A stretch of 64,000 nucleotides of DNA from Patescibacteria group bacterium (GCA_041738495.1 JBGSPR010000011.1:1495-65494); one strand, 5' to 3'. Shown: positions 8,424 through 18,472, numbered from the stretch's first letter. Program-made: numbers and translations. Notes: generated by a model from the letters alone, not told the origin.

Positions 8424-9517
8424 CCGAGTACAGACGTCCAGACTCGCTCATGTTCGCGCTCGTCGTCCTGTTGTGCGTCTTCGGCATCATCATTTTTTCT
8501 TCGGCGAGTAGCGTCGTATCGTTCCAGTCGCTGGGCGACCCGAACGCGCTGTTGAAGAAGCAGGCAATTGCCCTGGTCTTGGGGTTGCTCCTCATGGTGG
8601 TTACCATGCGCTTAGATTTGCGCATCCTCGAGCGCTACGCGACCCCAATTTTCGTTCTCTCCATTGGGCTCATGCTGCTCCCTTTCGTGCCGGGCTTGGG
8701 ACCGGAGTACCTTGGCGCAAACCGATGGGTGTCATTCGGCGGGTTTTTCTTCCAGCCGTCGGAACTCGTCAAACTCACGACAGTTGTCTTCTTCGCTCGC
8801 TGGTTGCCAACGCTGCGTTTTGACCGAACGCTGCCGAAGGAAACGTTCCTTCCGTTCCTCGGTATTCTCAGCGTCATCGTGCTCATCCTCGTGTTGCAGC
8901 CAGACCTGGGAACAGCAATCGTCATCCTCGCAGTGAGCATCACCCTGTACTTCGCCGTTGGAGCTCCTGCGAAGCACTTCGGGTGGATCGCGGGCGTCGT
9001 TGCGATCGGCCTCATCCTGCTCATCCAAGTGGCTCCGTACCGAGCTGCACGGCTTACCGTCTTCCTCAACCCAGCGGATGACACGCAGGGTTCTGCGTAC
9101 CACATCAACCAGTCGCTACTCGCAATAGGGTCGGGAGGCCTCTTCGGCCGTGGACTCGGGCACTCCATTCAGAAGTTTAACTACCTCCCAGAAGCTGAGG
9201 GCGATTCCATTTTCGCGATTGCTGCTGAAGAGCTCGGGTTCTTCTTCAGCGTCGGCTTGGTTGCGCTGTACGTTGCCATTCTGTGGCGCGGCGTGCAACT
9301 GGCCAGACTGTCGACGGACATGCCGGTGAAACTCACTATCGCTGGCATCGTCACGTGGTTCGGCGTGCAGGCGTTCATCAACATCGGTGCGCTTACTTCT
9401 GTACTCCCGCTCACTGGAGAGCCGCTCCCGTTCGTGTCGAATGGTGGTTCTTCCCTGGTCATTTCTCTCATTGCAGTTGGCGTACTCCTCAACTACTCGC
9501 GTACAATACGAACATGA
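8420..9517 (+). CDS. ftsW: SEDS peptidoglycan polymerase FtsW
   Basis: GANRW, FQPSELVK, QPDLG, AIGSGG, LPEAEGDSIF, EELG, PLTGEPLPFVS. Confidence 0.92.
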   Translation: MTEYRRPDSLMFALVVLLCVFGIIIFSSASSVVSFQSLGDPNALLKKQAIALVLGLLLMVVTMRLDLRILERYATPIFVLSIGLMLLPFVPGLGPEYLGANRWVSFGGFFFQPSELVKLTTVVFFARWLPTLRFDRTLPKETFLPFLGILSVIVLILVLQPDLGTAIVILAVSITLYFAVGAPAKHFGWIAGVVAIGLILLIQVAPYRAARLTVFLNPADDTQGSAYHINQSLLAIGSGGLFGRGLGHSIQKFNYLPEAEGDSIFAIAAEELGFFFSVGLVALYVAILWRGVQLARLSTDMPVKLTIAGIVTWFGVQAFINIGALTSVLPLTGEPLPFVSNGGSSLVISLIAVGVLLNYSRTIRT

Positions 9518-10566
9518 GTACGTTTCTCTTGGTTGGTGGAGGTACGCTGGGTTCGGTGAACCCCCTGCTGGCTTTTGCTGCAGCCCTACGCGAGCAACAC
9601 CCGCACGTACGCTGCGTGTTCTGGGGGCCGCGGAGCTCGCGTGATCGACGTGTGGTTGAGGAATCGGGTTTACCGTACCGTAGCCTCCCTGCGGGGAAGC
9701 TGCGTCGGTACTTTTCGTTGAGGACCCTCGTGGACATCCCGGTCATTGCATGGGCGGTCGTCGTCGCGTGGGTGCGCTTACGCGCCGAACGCCCAAACCT
9801 CGTCGTTACCGCTGGGAGCTACGTTGCAGTTCCGGTTGCGTGGGCTGCAGCACTCCACCGCATTCCCGTGCTGCTCTACCAGCAAGATGCAACACTCGGT
9901 TTCGCGAATCGCCTCATCCTCCGGGTTGCACGGGTGCGCGCCGCTACGGCAGAAGGACCAGCCCACCTTCTCCCCGCGCCGGTAACGACCGTTGGATTCG
10001 CGCTGCGTCCCGACCTCCGCGCGGGCGACGCTCAACGAGCAGCGCGTGCGTACCATCTCGACCCACGCCGGTGCACGGTACTCGTCATCGGTGGAAGCTC
10101 TGGCGCGCGTGAACTCAACGAACGCTTCGTCGCAGCCCTGCCACACCTCGATCCTGCTGTACAAGCGGTGCACGTGACAGGCTCGGGGAAAGAGGGGACC
10201 GTCTCACGACCAGGGTACGTGCAGATACCTTTCACCAATGCAGGCCTCCCCGACTTGTACGCGCTCGCAACGCTCGTGGTGAGTAGGGCGGGGAGTAATG
10301 TCCTGGCTGAACTCATTGCCCTGGCGAAGCCAATGGTCGTGGTACCGCTTCCCGGAACGCACCAAGTGCAGAATGCCGCATCGCTAGAAGAGCGTGGTAT
10401 ACCTGTGCTGGATCAAGCTTCGCTCACGCCAGAGCACTTCGCTTCGGTTCTCAACGATACGTGCCACGACGGGCAACGTCTGGAGACCCTGCGGCGGGCA
10501 GTAGCAGGACTGTGGGATACTGATGGCGCGCGAGCGCTCGTCACGTTGGTCAAACCTTACGTATGA
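9514..10566 (+). CDS. murG: Lipid II GlcNAc transferase MurG
   Basis: GGGTLGSVNP, GKLRRY, GSYVAVP, GGSSGA, SRAGS, HQVQNA. ATGA-coupled to ftsW. Confidence 0.9.
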   Translation: MSTFLLVGGGTLGSVNPLLAFAAALREQHPHVRCVFWGPRSSRDRRVVEESGLPYRSLPAGKLRRYFSLRTLVDIPVIAWAVVVAWVRLRAERPNLVVTAGSYVAVPVAWAAALHRIPVLLYQQDATLGFANRLILRVARVRAATAEGPAHLLPAPVTTVGFALRPDLRAGDAQRAARAYHLDPRRCTVLVIGGSSGARELNERFVAALPHLDPAVQAVHVTGSGKEGTVSRPGYVQIPFTNAGLPDLYALATLVVSRAGSNVLAELIALAKPMVVVPLPGTHQVQNAASLEERGIPVLDQASLTPEHFASVLNDTCHDGQRLETLRRAVAGLWDTDGARALVTLVKPYV

Positions 10567-11945
10567 ACCTACACTCCGCCACACACGTCCACGTCATTGG
10601 TATCGGTGGTATTGGCGTTTCCGCGCTTGCGAAGTGGTGCTTGGAGCGTGGCGCTACGGTGAGTGGGAGCGATGCCGTTGAGACGCCGCAAACCACGTGG
10701 TTCCGGGCGCACGGCGCTGTCGTGCACATTGGCCAGCACGCCGCTGCGCACGTTCCCAGTGCGTGTGACCTCGTGCTCGCGTCGGTTGCGGTGCGTGAAG
10801 AAAATTCCGAGTGGCAAGCAGCAGTCACTCGACGGATTCCCATCTTGCCGTACCCCGTGGCTCTCGCACAGCTCTTCGAAGGTACGCACGGCATTGCAGT
10901 AGCCGGTACGCATGGGAAGTCCACCACGACCGCACTCTTGGGAACCACCCTCATTGCAGCGGGTTTCGACCCAACGGTCATCGTTGGAACGCGTGTCCGT
11001 GAATTTGGCAACACCAACGAGCGCGTTGGCGCGAGTGATGTGGTGCTGGCGGAAGTCGACGAGTACAACCAAGCGATCTTGCAAGTGCAGCCCACGCACG
11101 CGGTTGTCCTGAACGTGGACCACGAGCACGTAGATGTGTACGAAACATTGGAAAAACTGCAGAGTGCTTTTGGTCGGTTCGTCGCCAGCGTACCGAAGAA
11201 TGGAACGGTCACGCTCTGGGCAGATGACCCGAGCACGCCCCTCCTTCGTGAACGCGTGCAAGGGGAGGTACGCACGTTTGGCTTTGGGGACGCAGACCTC
11301 GTCGCGCGCGACATTATCACCTCTGCCTCGGGTACGGCCTTCTCCGTGCAGGGTTTGTACCGCGGCACCGTGCGCACCAAGCTCTTCGGCGAGCACAACG
11401 TGCGGAACGTTCTTGCCGCACTGTGCGTTGCTCACGCGCTGGGAACGCCCTTCGACGTTGCTGTAGCGGCAATGAGCACCTTCCCAGGAACGTGGCGACG
11501 ATTTGAGCACCGCGGCCTCTGGCGTGGCGCAACGATCATCGATGATTACGCGCACCACCCAACCGAACTCCGCGCTACGCTCGCGGCTGCACGACAGGCA
11601 TTCCCAGGGAAGCGCATCACTTGCGTTTTCCAGCCCCACCTGCACAGCCGAACGCTCGCATTCTTCCCGAACTTCGTCCGCGAGTTGCAAGCTGCGGATC
11701 ACGTGGTGCTCGTGGAAGTCTACGACGTACTTGGTCGAGATGTGGGTCCGCGCACATCGAGCGCAGAACTCGCTCGAGCGGTCGGGAACGATGCAGCGTT
11801 CGTTCCAACGGTGCGCGATGCTGTGCGCTACCTCGAATCGCGCGTCACCTCTACGGATGTGGTACTCACCGTTGGTGCCGGTGACATCACGTCGTTTGCC
11901 TCACTCGCGCAAAATGAAAAGCCCTCCGCAGCGCAGGAGGGCTAG
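10563..11945 (+). CDS. murC: UDP-N-acetylmuramate-L-alanine ligase MurC
   Basis: IGIGGIGVSALA, GSD, AGTHGKSTT, EVDE, RRFE, DDYAHHPTE, FQPH, GAGD. Confidence 0.95.
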   Translation: MNLHSATHVHVIGIGGIGVSALAKWCLERGATVSGSDAVETPQTTWFRAHGAVVHIGQHAAAHVPSACDLVLASVAVREENSEWQAAVTRRIPILPYPVALAQLFEGTHGIAVAGTHGKSTTTALLGTTLIAAGFDPTVIVGTRVREFGNTNERVGASDVVLAEVDEYNQAILQVQPTHAVVLNVDHEHVDVYETLEKLQSAFGRFVASVPKNGTVTLWADDPSTPLLRERVQGEVRTFGFGDADLVARDIITSASGTAFSVQGLYRGTVRTKLFGEHNVRNVLAALCVAHALGTPFDVAVAAMSTFPGTWRRFEHRGLWRGATIIDDYAHHPTELRATLAAARQAFPGKRITCVFQPHLHSRTLAFFPNFVRELQAADHVVLVEVYDVLGRDVGPRTSSAELARAVGNDAAFVPTVRDAVRYLESRVTSTDVVLTVGAGDITSFASLAQNEKPSAAQEG

Positions 11946-12940
11946 ATGGGAATGTACGTGAAGAGTGTCTGCTGGTACTGGACACTCGCGTTGTAGGGAA
12001 TGTGCTGGCGAACAATGCGGCACCGAACAGGTGCGGTTACCCGCTCTTCAATGCTCCCCATGAGGAGCCACACACTCCCCAGATGCGTGCCTGGCTCGAC
12101 GACGCTCCCCACGAAGGTTTTTGCGTGTTCTTCAGCTGGGCGGAAGAATCCTGCGTAGTCGCCTTGGTACGTGAGCTCGCGCATATCGTGAGGGGTGCCC
12201 AGCAGCATTGCGCAGGCGAGGGACGCGAGTTCGGTGTACGGTTGTGCGCCGAACTGCAGGATGAAGCCGGACGTGGGAGCGGTGACCACTGTCGCTCGGT
12301 GCAAGCCCGTGCGAGAGCGAATCGAGCCCACCGGGTCGCCTGCTGCGACGAAGTCTCCAACGAAGACGTTTCGGTAACCTCGATTCCAGTACTTTCGGTG
12401 CGGGACGAGGTGACGGGCGTGAGCGAGGCCGGTTGCGTTTTCGACGATTGCGGGTAACCAGGTTCCTCCACCTGGTACGGTAACCGGCGTGATGTCGACG
12501 GGGATGGTGAGCAGCGGTGGTTGCCCCACAATCCAGTTCGCCGTAGCCGGGAACTGCAAACCCTCGGGGTACTGCGGATCATTCTCCGGAAAGTAGTAGG
12601 TGAGTTGGCCGTTTTCCACGAAGACCGTCTGTCGCATCGCGTTCTGCCCCCGCGTCGCCGGAGCTTGGAGGGCGTACCCATGCGGTACCCGTGATTGCGA
12701 GGGAGTTCGCCGAACGGTTACTGCGCTCAGCACAGACCGGACCACGAGTTCGCTCACGTTGCGCTCTTCGGCCAGCGCTACAATGCGCTGCGCTCGTCGG
12801 AAGTGCCGGTAGTGGAAAATACCGAGGATTACCCCAACGAACAGGCAGCCAGCGGTAAATCCGCCAATAGCAAACCAACCGTGCGTTTGCGCGAGTGCTT
12901 CCAGCCAGTGGAGGAAGCGCTCGATGCTTTGGAAATGCAC
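11942..12940 (-). CDS. Membrane-anchored protein with two BCCP/biotinyl-lipoyl-like domains lacking the acceptor lysine
   Basis: N-terminal TM helix. C-terminal repeats VGDFVAAGDPVG..VVTAPTSG and GFFRP..FVGSVVEPGTHLG..LLMG..VTAPVRC..VQYQQTLF resemble AccB. SD AAAGGAGG (12953-12946) lies 5 nt before GTG. Confidence 0.6.
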   Translation of the reverse strand: MHFQSIERFLHWLEALAQTHGWFAIGGFTAGCLFVGVILGIFHYRHFRRAQRIVALAEERNVSELVVRSVLSAVTVRRTPSQSRVPHGYALQAPATRGQNAMRQTVFVENGQLTYYFPENDPQYPEGLQFPATANWIVGQPPLLTIPVDITPVTVPGGGTWLPAIVENATGLAHARHLVPHRKYWNRGYRNVFVGDFVAAGDPVGSIRSRTGLHRATVVTAPTSGFILQFGAQPYTELASLACAMLLGTPHDMRELTYQGDYAGFFRPAEEHAKTFVGSVVEPGTHLGSVWLLMGSIEERVTAPVRCRIVRQHIPYNASVQYQQTLFTYIPI

Positions 12941-12973
12941 TCTTTCCTCCTTTGGTGTTCATGTAAATTGCGC

Positions 12974-13005
12974 TATAGTATATCGGCCAGCGCTCTGGCT
13001 GTCAA
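12974..13005. promoter_or_regulatory. Overlapping divergent promoters (BCCP-like gene and murB)
   Basis: Minus strand: TTGACA (13005-13000), 17 nt, TATACT (12982-12977). Plus strand: TATAGT (12974-12979) ahead of murB. Confidence 0.65.
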
Positions 13006-13913
13006 TGAATGACGCGCGTACACAACTCGAACGCCTTCCCGGAGTGAAGGTACGTGAACCACTCGCTCCGCATACCACCTTTCAAGTTGGGGGTCCGGCG
13101 GCATTCTTCGTATCGACGAATGACGTGCCCCTGCTCCAGCGCGCCGTTCGCGCTGCACGAGCAGCAGGTCTACCCGTCGCCGCGCTGGGCGGCGGCAGCA
13201 ACACGCTCGTTGCTGACACGGGTTTCCCAGGACTCATTGTCCACCTCACCTCAACGCGTTGCGAGGCACGCGATGATGGCCAGGTCGAAGCTGATGCTGG
13301 CACACCGCTCAGTCGCGTCGTGCGCACAGCAATTAGTAAAAACCTCACTGGCTTAGAATTTGCGGTCGGCATCCCCGGGTCGTTCGGTGGAGCACTGGCT
13401 GGCAATGCTGGCACGGGTGGGCACGGCGTGAGCGAGCGCGTCGAGCAGGTGACGTACCTCGACGATAGAGGTGAGTTGCGTACCTGCGATAGGACGAGTC
13501 TCGATGTATCCTACCGCTACACTCGCTTCAAGTACTCGACGACTGACATTATCGTTAGCGCGCGGCTCAAACTGGCGATAGACACTCCAACAGAAATTCA
13601 GATGAGAGTTCGGGAAGCAGTTGACCGACGCTCCTGGCAACCGAAGGGTGCGTGGTGCGCTGGTTGCGTGTTCAAAAATCCAGCGAATGGGCATGCGGGC
13701 AAGCTCATCCAGGATGCTGGGTTGAAAGGAAAGAAAATCGGCGGTGCCATGGTATCGCCTGACCACGCGAATTTCGTGACGAACACGGGCAATGCCACCG
13801 CTGAGGATATCGTCATCCTCATTAGTTACATCAAGCAGCAGGTGCGTGACCAGTTTGGCGTTCAGTTGGAAGAAGAAGTTCGGTACCTTGGCTTCGATTC
13901 TCCTCCCGCGTAA
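13005..13913 (+). CDS. murB: UDP-N-acetylenolpyruvoylglucosamine reductase MurB
   Basis: HTTFQVGGPA, GGGSNTL, GLEFAVGIPGSFGG, NAG, FKNP, HANF, LEEEV. Start at ATG 13005. Confidence 0.93.
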   Translation: MNDARTQLERLPGVKVREPLAPHTTFQVGGPAAFFVSTNDVPLLQRAVRAARAAGLPVAALGGGSNTLVADTGFPGLIVHLTSTRCEARDDGQVEADAGTPLSRVVRTAISKNLTGLEFAVGIPGSFGGALAGNAGTGGHGVSERVEQVTYLDDRGELRTCDRTSLDVSYRYTRFKYSTTDIIVSARLKLAIDTPTEIQMRVREAVDRRSWQPKGAWCAGCVFKNPANGHAGKLIQDAGLKGKKIGGAMVSPDHANFVTNTGNATAEDIVILISYIKQQVRDQFGVQLEEEVRYLGFDSPPA

Positions 13914-13923
13914 CTTGTAACGT

Positions 13924-14244
13924 ATGATCATTAGCGCAAAAGACTTCTCGCTCACGCCGAGTATCAAGCAGTACGCCGAACAGAAGTTTACTGCGCTCAC
14001 GCGCTTGAGCCGCGAGCCCTTGCAGGACCTCAAGGTATTCTTGGATGTTGATCGTAACCAGACGCACGGTGACATCTGCCGCGTGGAAGCATCCGCACTG
14101 TGGCGAGGAACAAGCTACAAAGCGGGTACGAAAGCCACGGAAATGCACGAAGCGCTGGACCTCTGCGTCGAGAAGTTGGAGCGCCAACTGCGGGACGCGA
14201 AAGATCGCTGGCTCGCCCAGCGCGCTGGCCACCATGGTACGTAA
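13924..14244 (+). CDS. hpf: Ribosome hibernation factor (HPF/RaiA, short form)
   Basis: LTPSIKQYAEQKF and MHEALDLCVEKLERQL match the S30AE family; classic position upstream of secA. Confidence 0.85.
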   Translation: MIISAKDFSLTPSIKQYAEQKFTALTRLSREPLQDLKVFLDVDRNQTHGDICRVEASALWRGTSYKAGTKATEMHEALDLCVEKLERQLRDAKDRWLAQRAGHHGT

Positions 14245-14285
14245 GGCTTGCAAACGTGTGCAGACTGTAGGAAGATAGCTCAACC

Positions 14286-16994
14286 ATGGCTTTCCTCACA
14301 AAACTCTTCGGCGACCCAAACCAGCGAGCGGTCCACAGCATGGACGGCATCGTGGCACGCATAAACGCGCTCGAGCCAAGCGTGGCGAAGCTCGCCGACG
14401 CTGACTTCCCGCAACGCACGAAAGACCTCTACGATCGGCACACGAAGGGCGAATCCCTCGATGACCTCCTCCCCGAGGCTTTCGCACTCGTGCGCGAGGC
14501 AGCGCGTCGTACCCTCGGGCAACGCCATTTCGACGTCCAGCTCATGGGCGGTATCATCCTGCACCAAGGGAAGATTGCAGAAATGCGAACTGGAGAAGGG
14601 AAGACTCTGGTCTCCACACTCCCAGCGTACCTGAATGCTATTGCGGGCAAGGGCGTGCACGTGGTGACGGTGAATGACTACCTCGCAAAGCGCGACGCGG
14701 CGTGGATGGGGAAGGTGCACCACTTCCTCGGTCTCTCGGTTGGGAGTATCCAGCACGAATCCGCCTTCCTCTACGACCCGTCGTACGAGAGTGACGAGCA
14801 GAATCCAAACCTCCGCCCAGTGAGTCGAACCGAAGCGTACCGTGCTGACATTACGTACGGAACGAATAACGAGTTCGGTTTCGACTACCTGCGCGACAAC
14901 ATGGTTCCCGACCCACAGTACATGGTGCAGCGGAACCTCACCTTCGCGATCGTAGACGAAGTTGACTCCATTCTCATTGATGAAGCGCGTACACCGCTCA
15001 TCATTTCCGGTCCGAGCACAACTCCGAGTGAGCAGTACTACAAGTACGCCGAGCTCGTCCAGCGCTTGGAAGAGGGCCCGGACTACAACATTGATGAGAA
15101 ACTCCGCGCGACCACTCTCACCGAGCAGGGGATTAGTAAGATGGAGAAGTGGCTGAACGTTGAGAACATCTACGCAGCGGGTGGTGTGGAAATGGTCCAC
15201 CACATCGAGCAAGCTCTGCGCGCGCACTCGCTCTTCAAGCGTGACCGTGACTACGTGGTGCGCGAAGGAGAAGTGGTCATCGTCGATGAGTTCACCGGTC
15301 GACTCATGTTCGGCAGGCGGTACTCCGAGGGCTTGCACCAAGCTATTGAGGCGAAAGAGCGGGTCGAGATTAAGCAAGAGTCGCAAACCCTCGCCACCAT
15401 TACGTTCCAGAATTACTTCCGCATGTACGCGAAGCTCTCTGGTATGACCGGTACAGCTGCTACGGAGGCAGAGGAGTTCAGCAAGATCTACAACCTGGAA
15501 GTCGTTACAGTGCCAACGAACAAGCCTATGGTTCGGCGTGACATTGCCGACAGCGTGTACAAAACCGAAGCAGGGAAGTACGAGGCTATTGCACGGGATG
15601 TGAAGGTGCGTCACGAGCAGGGACAGCCCGTACTCATTGGCACCATTTCCATTGCGAAGAACGAAATGCTCGGTCGTTTGCTGGATCGCGAGGGTATTCC
15701 GCACCAAATGCTCAACGCGACGAACCACGAGAAGGAAGCGTCTACCATTGCGCAAGCCGGACGTCGCGGTGCGGTGACTGTGGCCACGAACATGGCCGGT
15801 CGTGGCGTGGACATCATTCTCGGCGGAAACCCGCCAGACCCAGATGAGGCATCAGCAGTAAAACAACTCGGTGGTTTGCACGTCATTGGCACCGAGCGAC
15901 ATGAGTCGCGTCGTATTGACAACCAGCTCCGCGGTCGCGCTGGGCGCCAGGGGGATCCTGGATCATCCCAGTTCTTCCTGTCCCTGGAAGATGACCTCAT
16001 GCGCATCTTCGGCGGAGATCGAGTGAAGTCGCTCATGGAGCGCTTGGGCGTGCCTGATGACATGCCCATTGAGAACCGCATGATTTCTCGCTCCATTGAG
16101 GGCGCGCAGAAAAAAGTAGAAGGACACAACTTCGACATTCGCAAGCACTTAGTTGAGTACGATGATGTCATCAACAAGCACCGCGAAGTCATCTACTCTC
16201 GTCGCCGTGACGTGGTGAAGTGTTTAGAAACACCAGAAGGTCGACGTCCTGCAATTCAGCAGGCAATCCACGAAGAGCTGGAGCGCATTGTCTCCATGCA
16301 CACCTCAGCAGATCGCGAGGACACTTGGAACCTCGACGAAATTTACGAGTCTATTGATGCAGTGTTCCCCATTGCCTTGAAAGAGCGGTTGACCATGGAG
16401 GCGTACCGCACTCGCGTCGGTGAGGTGGGTGGAACAGCTGGGGCGAGGAATGCAATCATCACCCACCTCGACGAACTGCTCACCCAGGCGTACGACACAC
16501 TGGAGAAGACGATGAGTGAGACGCCAATGGGGCGGGATACCGCAACCCGTGGCCAGAACCTCATGCGCCTCGTGGAACGTGCCGTTGAACTACGCATCAT
16601 TGATACGCTCTGGATAGAGCACCTCGCACTCATGGATCACCTTCGCCAGGGGATTGGGCTGCGAGGGTATGGTCAGCGCGACCCGCTCGTCGAGTACAAG
16701 AAGGAAGCGTACGTTCTCTTCAGCCAGCTCCTTGCGGCAATCCGCTCGCAGGTTGTGCACGCAATTTTCAAAGCGAACGTGAGCGTGCCAGCGCAGCCAC
16801 GCGAACAGCGACAGGTTACCTACACCGCACCCGCGAAGGATGCGACATCGAGCAGCACTGCAGCAACGACTTCTCCAACAGGCGAAAAAGTTGGTAGGAA
16901 TGACCTCTGCCCGTGCGGGAGTGGTAAGAAGTACAAGAAGTGCGGTCTGGTGAATAGCCCAGAGCACCAATCCTTCGTACAAAAGAAAGCCTAG
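14286..16994 (+). CDS. secA: Preprotein translocase ATPase SecA
   Basis: [64 protein letters not shown]-terminal SEC-C motif. Confidence 0.98.
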   Translation: MAFLTKLFGDPNQRAVHSMDGIVARINALEPSVAKLADADFPQRTKDLYDRHTKGESLDDLLPEAFALVREAARRTLGQRHFDVQLMGGIILHQGKIAEMRTGEGKTLVSTLPAYLNAIAGKGVHVVTVNDYLAKRDAAWMGKVHHFLGLSVGSIQHESAFLYDPSYESDEQNPNLRPVSRTEAYRADITYGTNNEFGFDYLRDNMVPDPQYMVQRNLTFAIVDEVDSILIDEARTPLIISGPSTTPSEQYYKYAELVQRLEEGPDYNIDEKLRATTLTEQGISKMEKWLNVENIYAAGGVEMVHHIEQALRAHSLFKRDRDYVVREGEVVIVDEFTGRLMFGRRYSEGLHQAIEAKERVEIKQESQTLATITFQNYFRMYAKLSGMTGTAATEAEEFSKIYNLEVVTVPTNKPMVRRDIADSVYKTEAGKYEAIARDVKVRHEQGQPVLIGTISIAKNEMLGRLLDREGIPHQMLNATNHEKEASTIAQAGRRGAVTVATNMAGRGVDIILGGNPPDPDEASAVKQLGGLHVIGTERHESRRIDNQLRGRAGRQGDPGSSQFFLSLEDDLMRIFGGDRVKSLMERLGVPDDMPIENRMISRSIEGAQKKVEGHNFDIRKHLVEYDDVINKHREVIYSRRRDVVKCLETPEGRRPAIQQAIHEELERIVSMHTSADREDTWNLDEIYESIDAVFPIALKERLTMEAYRTRVGEVGGTAGARNAIITHLDELLTQAYDTLEKTMSETPMGRDTATRGQNLMRLVERAVELRIIDTLWIEHLALMDHLRQGIGLRGYGQRDPLVEYKKEAYVLFSQLLAAIRSQVVHAIFKANVSVPAQPREQRQVTYTAPAKDATSSSTAATTSPTGEKVGRNDLCPCGSGKKYKKCGLVNSPEHQSFVQKKA

Positions 16995-17008
16995 TACCAC
17001 AACACGTG

Positions 17009-17037
17009 TTGACATCCACGTCAAATTGTGGTAAACT
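17009..17037 (+). promoter_or_regulatory. Consensus sigma70 promoter of the L,D-transpeptidase gene
   Basis: TTGACA, 17 nt, TAAACT with extended TG; overlapped by palindromes (see findings). Confidence 0.7.
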
Positions 17038-17060
17038 TTGAGTATCCAAAATAAAAACCT

Positions 17061-18440
17061 ATGAAAAATACACACACATCCTTCAGGTTCGTGCTCATGG
17101 CGGGCGTTATCGCGCTCGCGTGGTTTGGTTTTACCAGCGCAGTTCACGCTGCGTCCCCGCGCGCTGGGCTCTTCACATCTACTGGGAAACTCGTTCGTAC
17201 CTACACTGCAATTCCAGCAGGAGCACACGTTACTGTTGCTGACCTTGGTACCGATGGAGTTCCAGAAATTGTTACCGGAAGTCCACAGGGCACGAAGCCA
17301 GCGGTGAGCATCCTGCGACTCGACGGCTCGCGCATACGTACGTTCTCCCTAGGGAACGTAACCGGCACACCCGCTGTGCGCGTAGCAGTTGGGGACGTCA
17401 CCGGTGATGGTCAGAAGGACATCGTGGTGAGCTTCGGCGAGGGGACAACCCCCGAGGTTCGCGTGTACTCGCAGTCAGGTGAGCGCGCGTCAGCCTTCCT
17501 TGCTTTTGGGAAGGGTTTTCGTGGAGGGGTGTCCGTAGCAGTTGGGGACGTCACCGGTGATGGTCGTTCAGATATCATCACCGCAGCAGGGAAAGGTGGC
17601 GGACCGTTCGTCATTACGTACGACGCCCGTGGTGAGCGCGTGGCGCAGTTCAAAGCGTACCCATCATCCGAGAAGTCTGGAGTAAACGTGAGCGTGCATG
17701 ATGCTGATGCAGATGGTGACGAAGATGTCGTCACGAGCACGCCGACGAAGAACAGTCTCATAAAAATGTTCGACGCAGGCGGTCGCGTGCACGCGAGTTT
17801 TCGTGCAGCGCACGTACCAGGCACGCTCCACGCTGCAACAGTTCCTGGGTCGCAGTACATCGTAGGGACCGCATCGGGTAGCGCAGCACTGGTGACGAGC
17901 TACACGCAAGCGGGAAAGGTTGGGACAGTGAATTTCTACCCATATGGAAAGTCATTCACGTCTGGTGTTACCGTTGCCTCTGTCGAAAGCGATGAGCGTG
18001 CAGACATTGTGGTCGTTCCCGGTAATGAAGCGCCACGCGTTGGTGTTCGTGCCACAGGGAAGAGCATTGTGGTTGATATTTCTGAGCAGCGCCTGCGGCG
18101 GTACGAGAATGGTGTGCTCGTCGCGACGCACGTTGTTTCGACGGGTACGTGGTCTATGCCAACGCCCATCGGTAGCTTTGCCATTAAGAATAAGCTCTCC
18201 ACGGCCTACTCTCGGCGCTACGCGCTGTACATGGATAACTGGATGGCGTTCACCGGTGATGGCGCGTACGGCATTCACTCGCTGCCGTACTGGAAATTGA
18301 AGAATGGGAGTACGTACTACGAGGGGACGAATCACCTCGGCATACGCGTGTCCCACGGGTGCATACGGCTCTCACCGAAAGAATCGGCGATCGTCTACCA
18401 GTGGGCAGCGGTTGGGGTGCCGGTGACAATTCGCCAGTAA
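17061..18440 (+). CDS. Secreted L,D-transpeptidase (YkuD) with FG-GAP/VCBS repeats
   Basis: Signal peptide (AVHA-A); DxTGDGxxDI repeats; VVDISEQRL, VSTG, TPIG, GIH, SHGCIRL. Confidence 0.85.
   Translation: MKNTHTSFRFVLMAGVIALAWFGFTSAVHAASPRAGLFTSTGKLVRTYTAIPAGAHVTVADLGTDGVPEIVTGSPQGTKPAVSILRLDGSRIRTFSLGNVTGTPAVRVAVGDVTGDGQKDIVVSFGEGTTPEVRVYSQSGERASAFLAFGKGFRGGVSVAVGDVTGDGRSDIITAAGKGGGPFVITYDARGERVAQFKAYPSSEKSGVNVSVHDADADGDEDVVTSTPTKNSLIKMFDAGGRVHASFRAAHVPGTLHAATVPGSQYIVGTASGSAALVTSYTQAGKVGTVNFYPYGKSFTSGVTVASVESDERADIVVVPGNEAPRVGVRATGKSIVVDISEQRLRRYENGVLVATHVVSTGTWSMPTPIGSFAIKNKLSTAYSRRYALYMDNWMAFTGDGAYGIHSLPYWKLKNGSTYYEGTNHLGIRVSHGCIRLSPKESAIVYQWAAVGVPVTIRQ
17381..17565 (+). repeat. Exact 32-bp direct repeat (17381-17412 and 17534-17565)
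   Basis: cgtagcagttggggacgtcaccggtgatggtc occurs twice, encoding VAVGDVTGDG. Confidence 0.9.
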
Positions 18441-18443
18441 GTC

Positions 18444-18472
18444 TTGCGGCAAGCGAAAAAGCTTGGTAGTGT
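18444..18472 (+). promoter_or_regulatory. Leaderless-type promoter of secDF
   Basis: TTGCGG, 17 nt, TAGTGT (with extended TG), 6 nt, ATG 18479. Confidence 0.55.

Noticed and set aside
14248-14285. Possible leaderless secA promoter (TTGCAA-17-GAAGAT-9-ATG)
   Set aside because: The -10 match is weak, so it was not counted.
14280-15755. 491-aa minus-strand ORF
   Set aside because: Antisense shadow of secA; expected in GC-rich conserved genes and shows no independent motifs.
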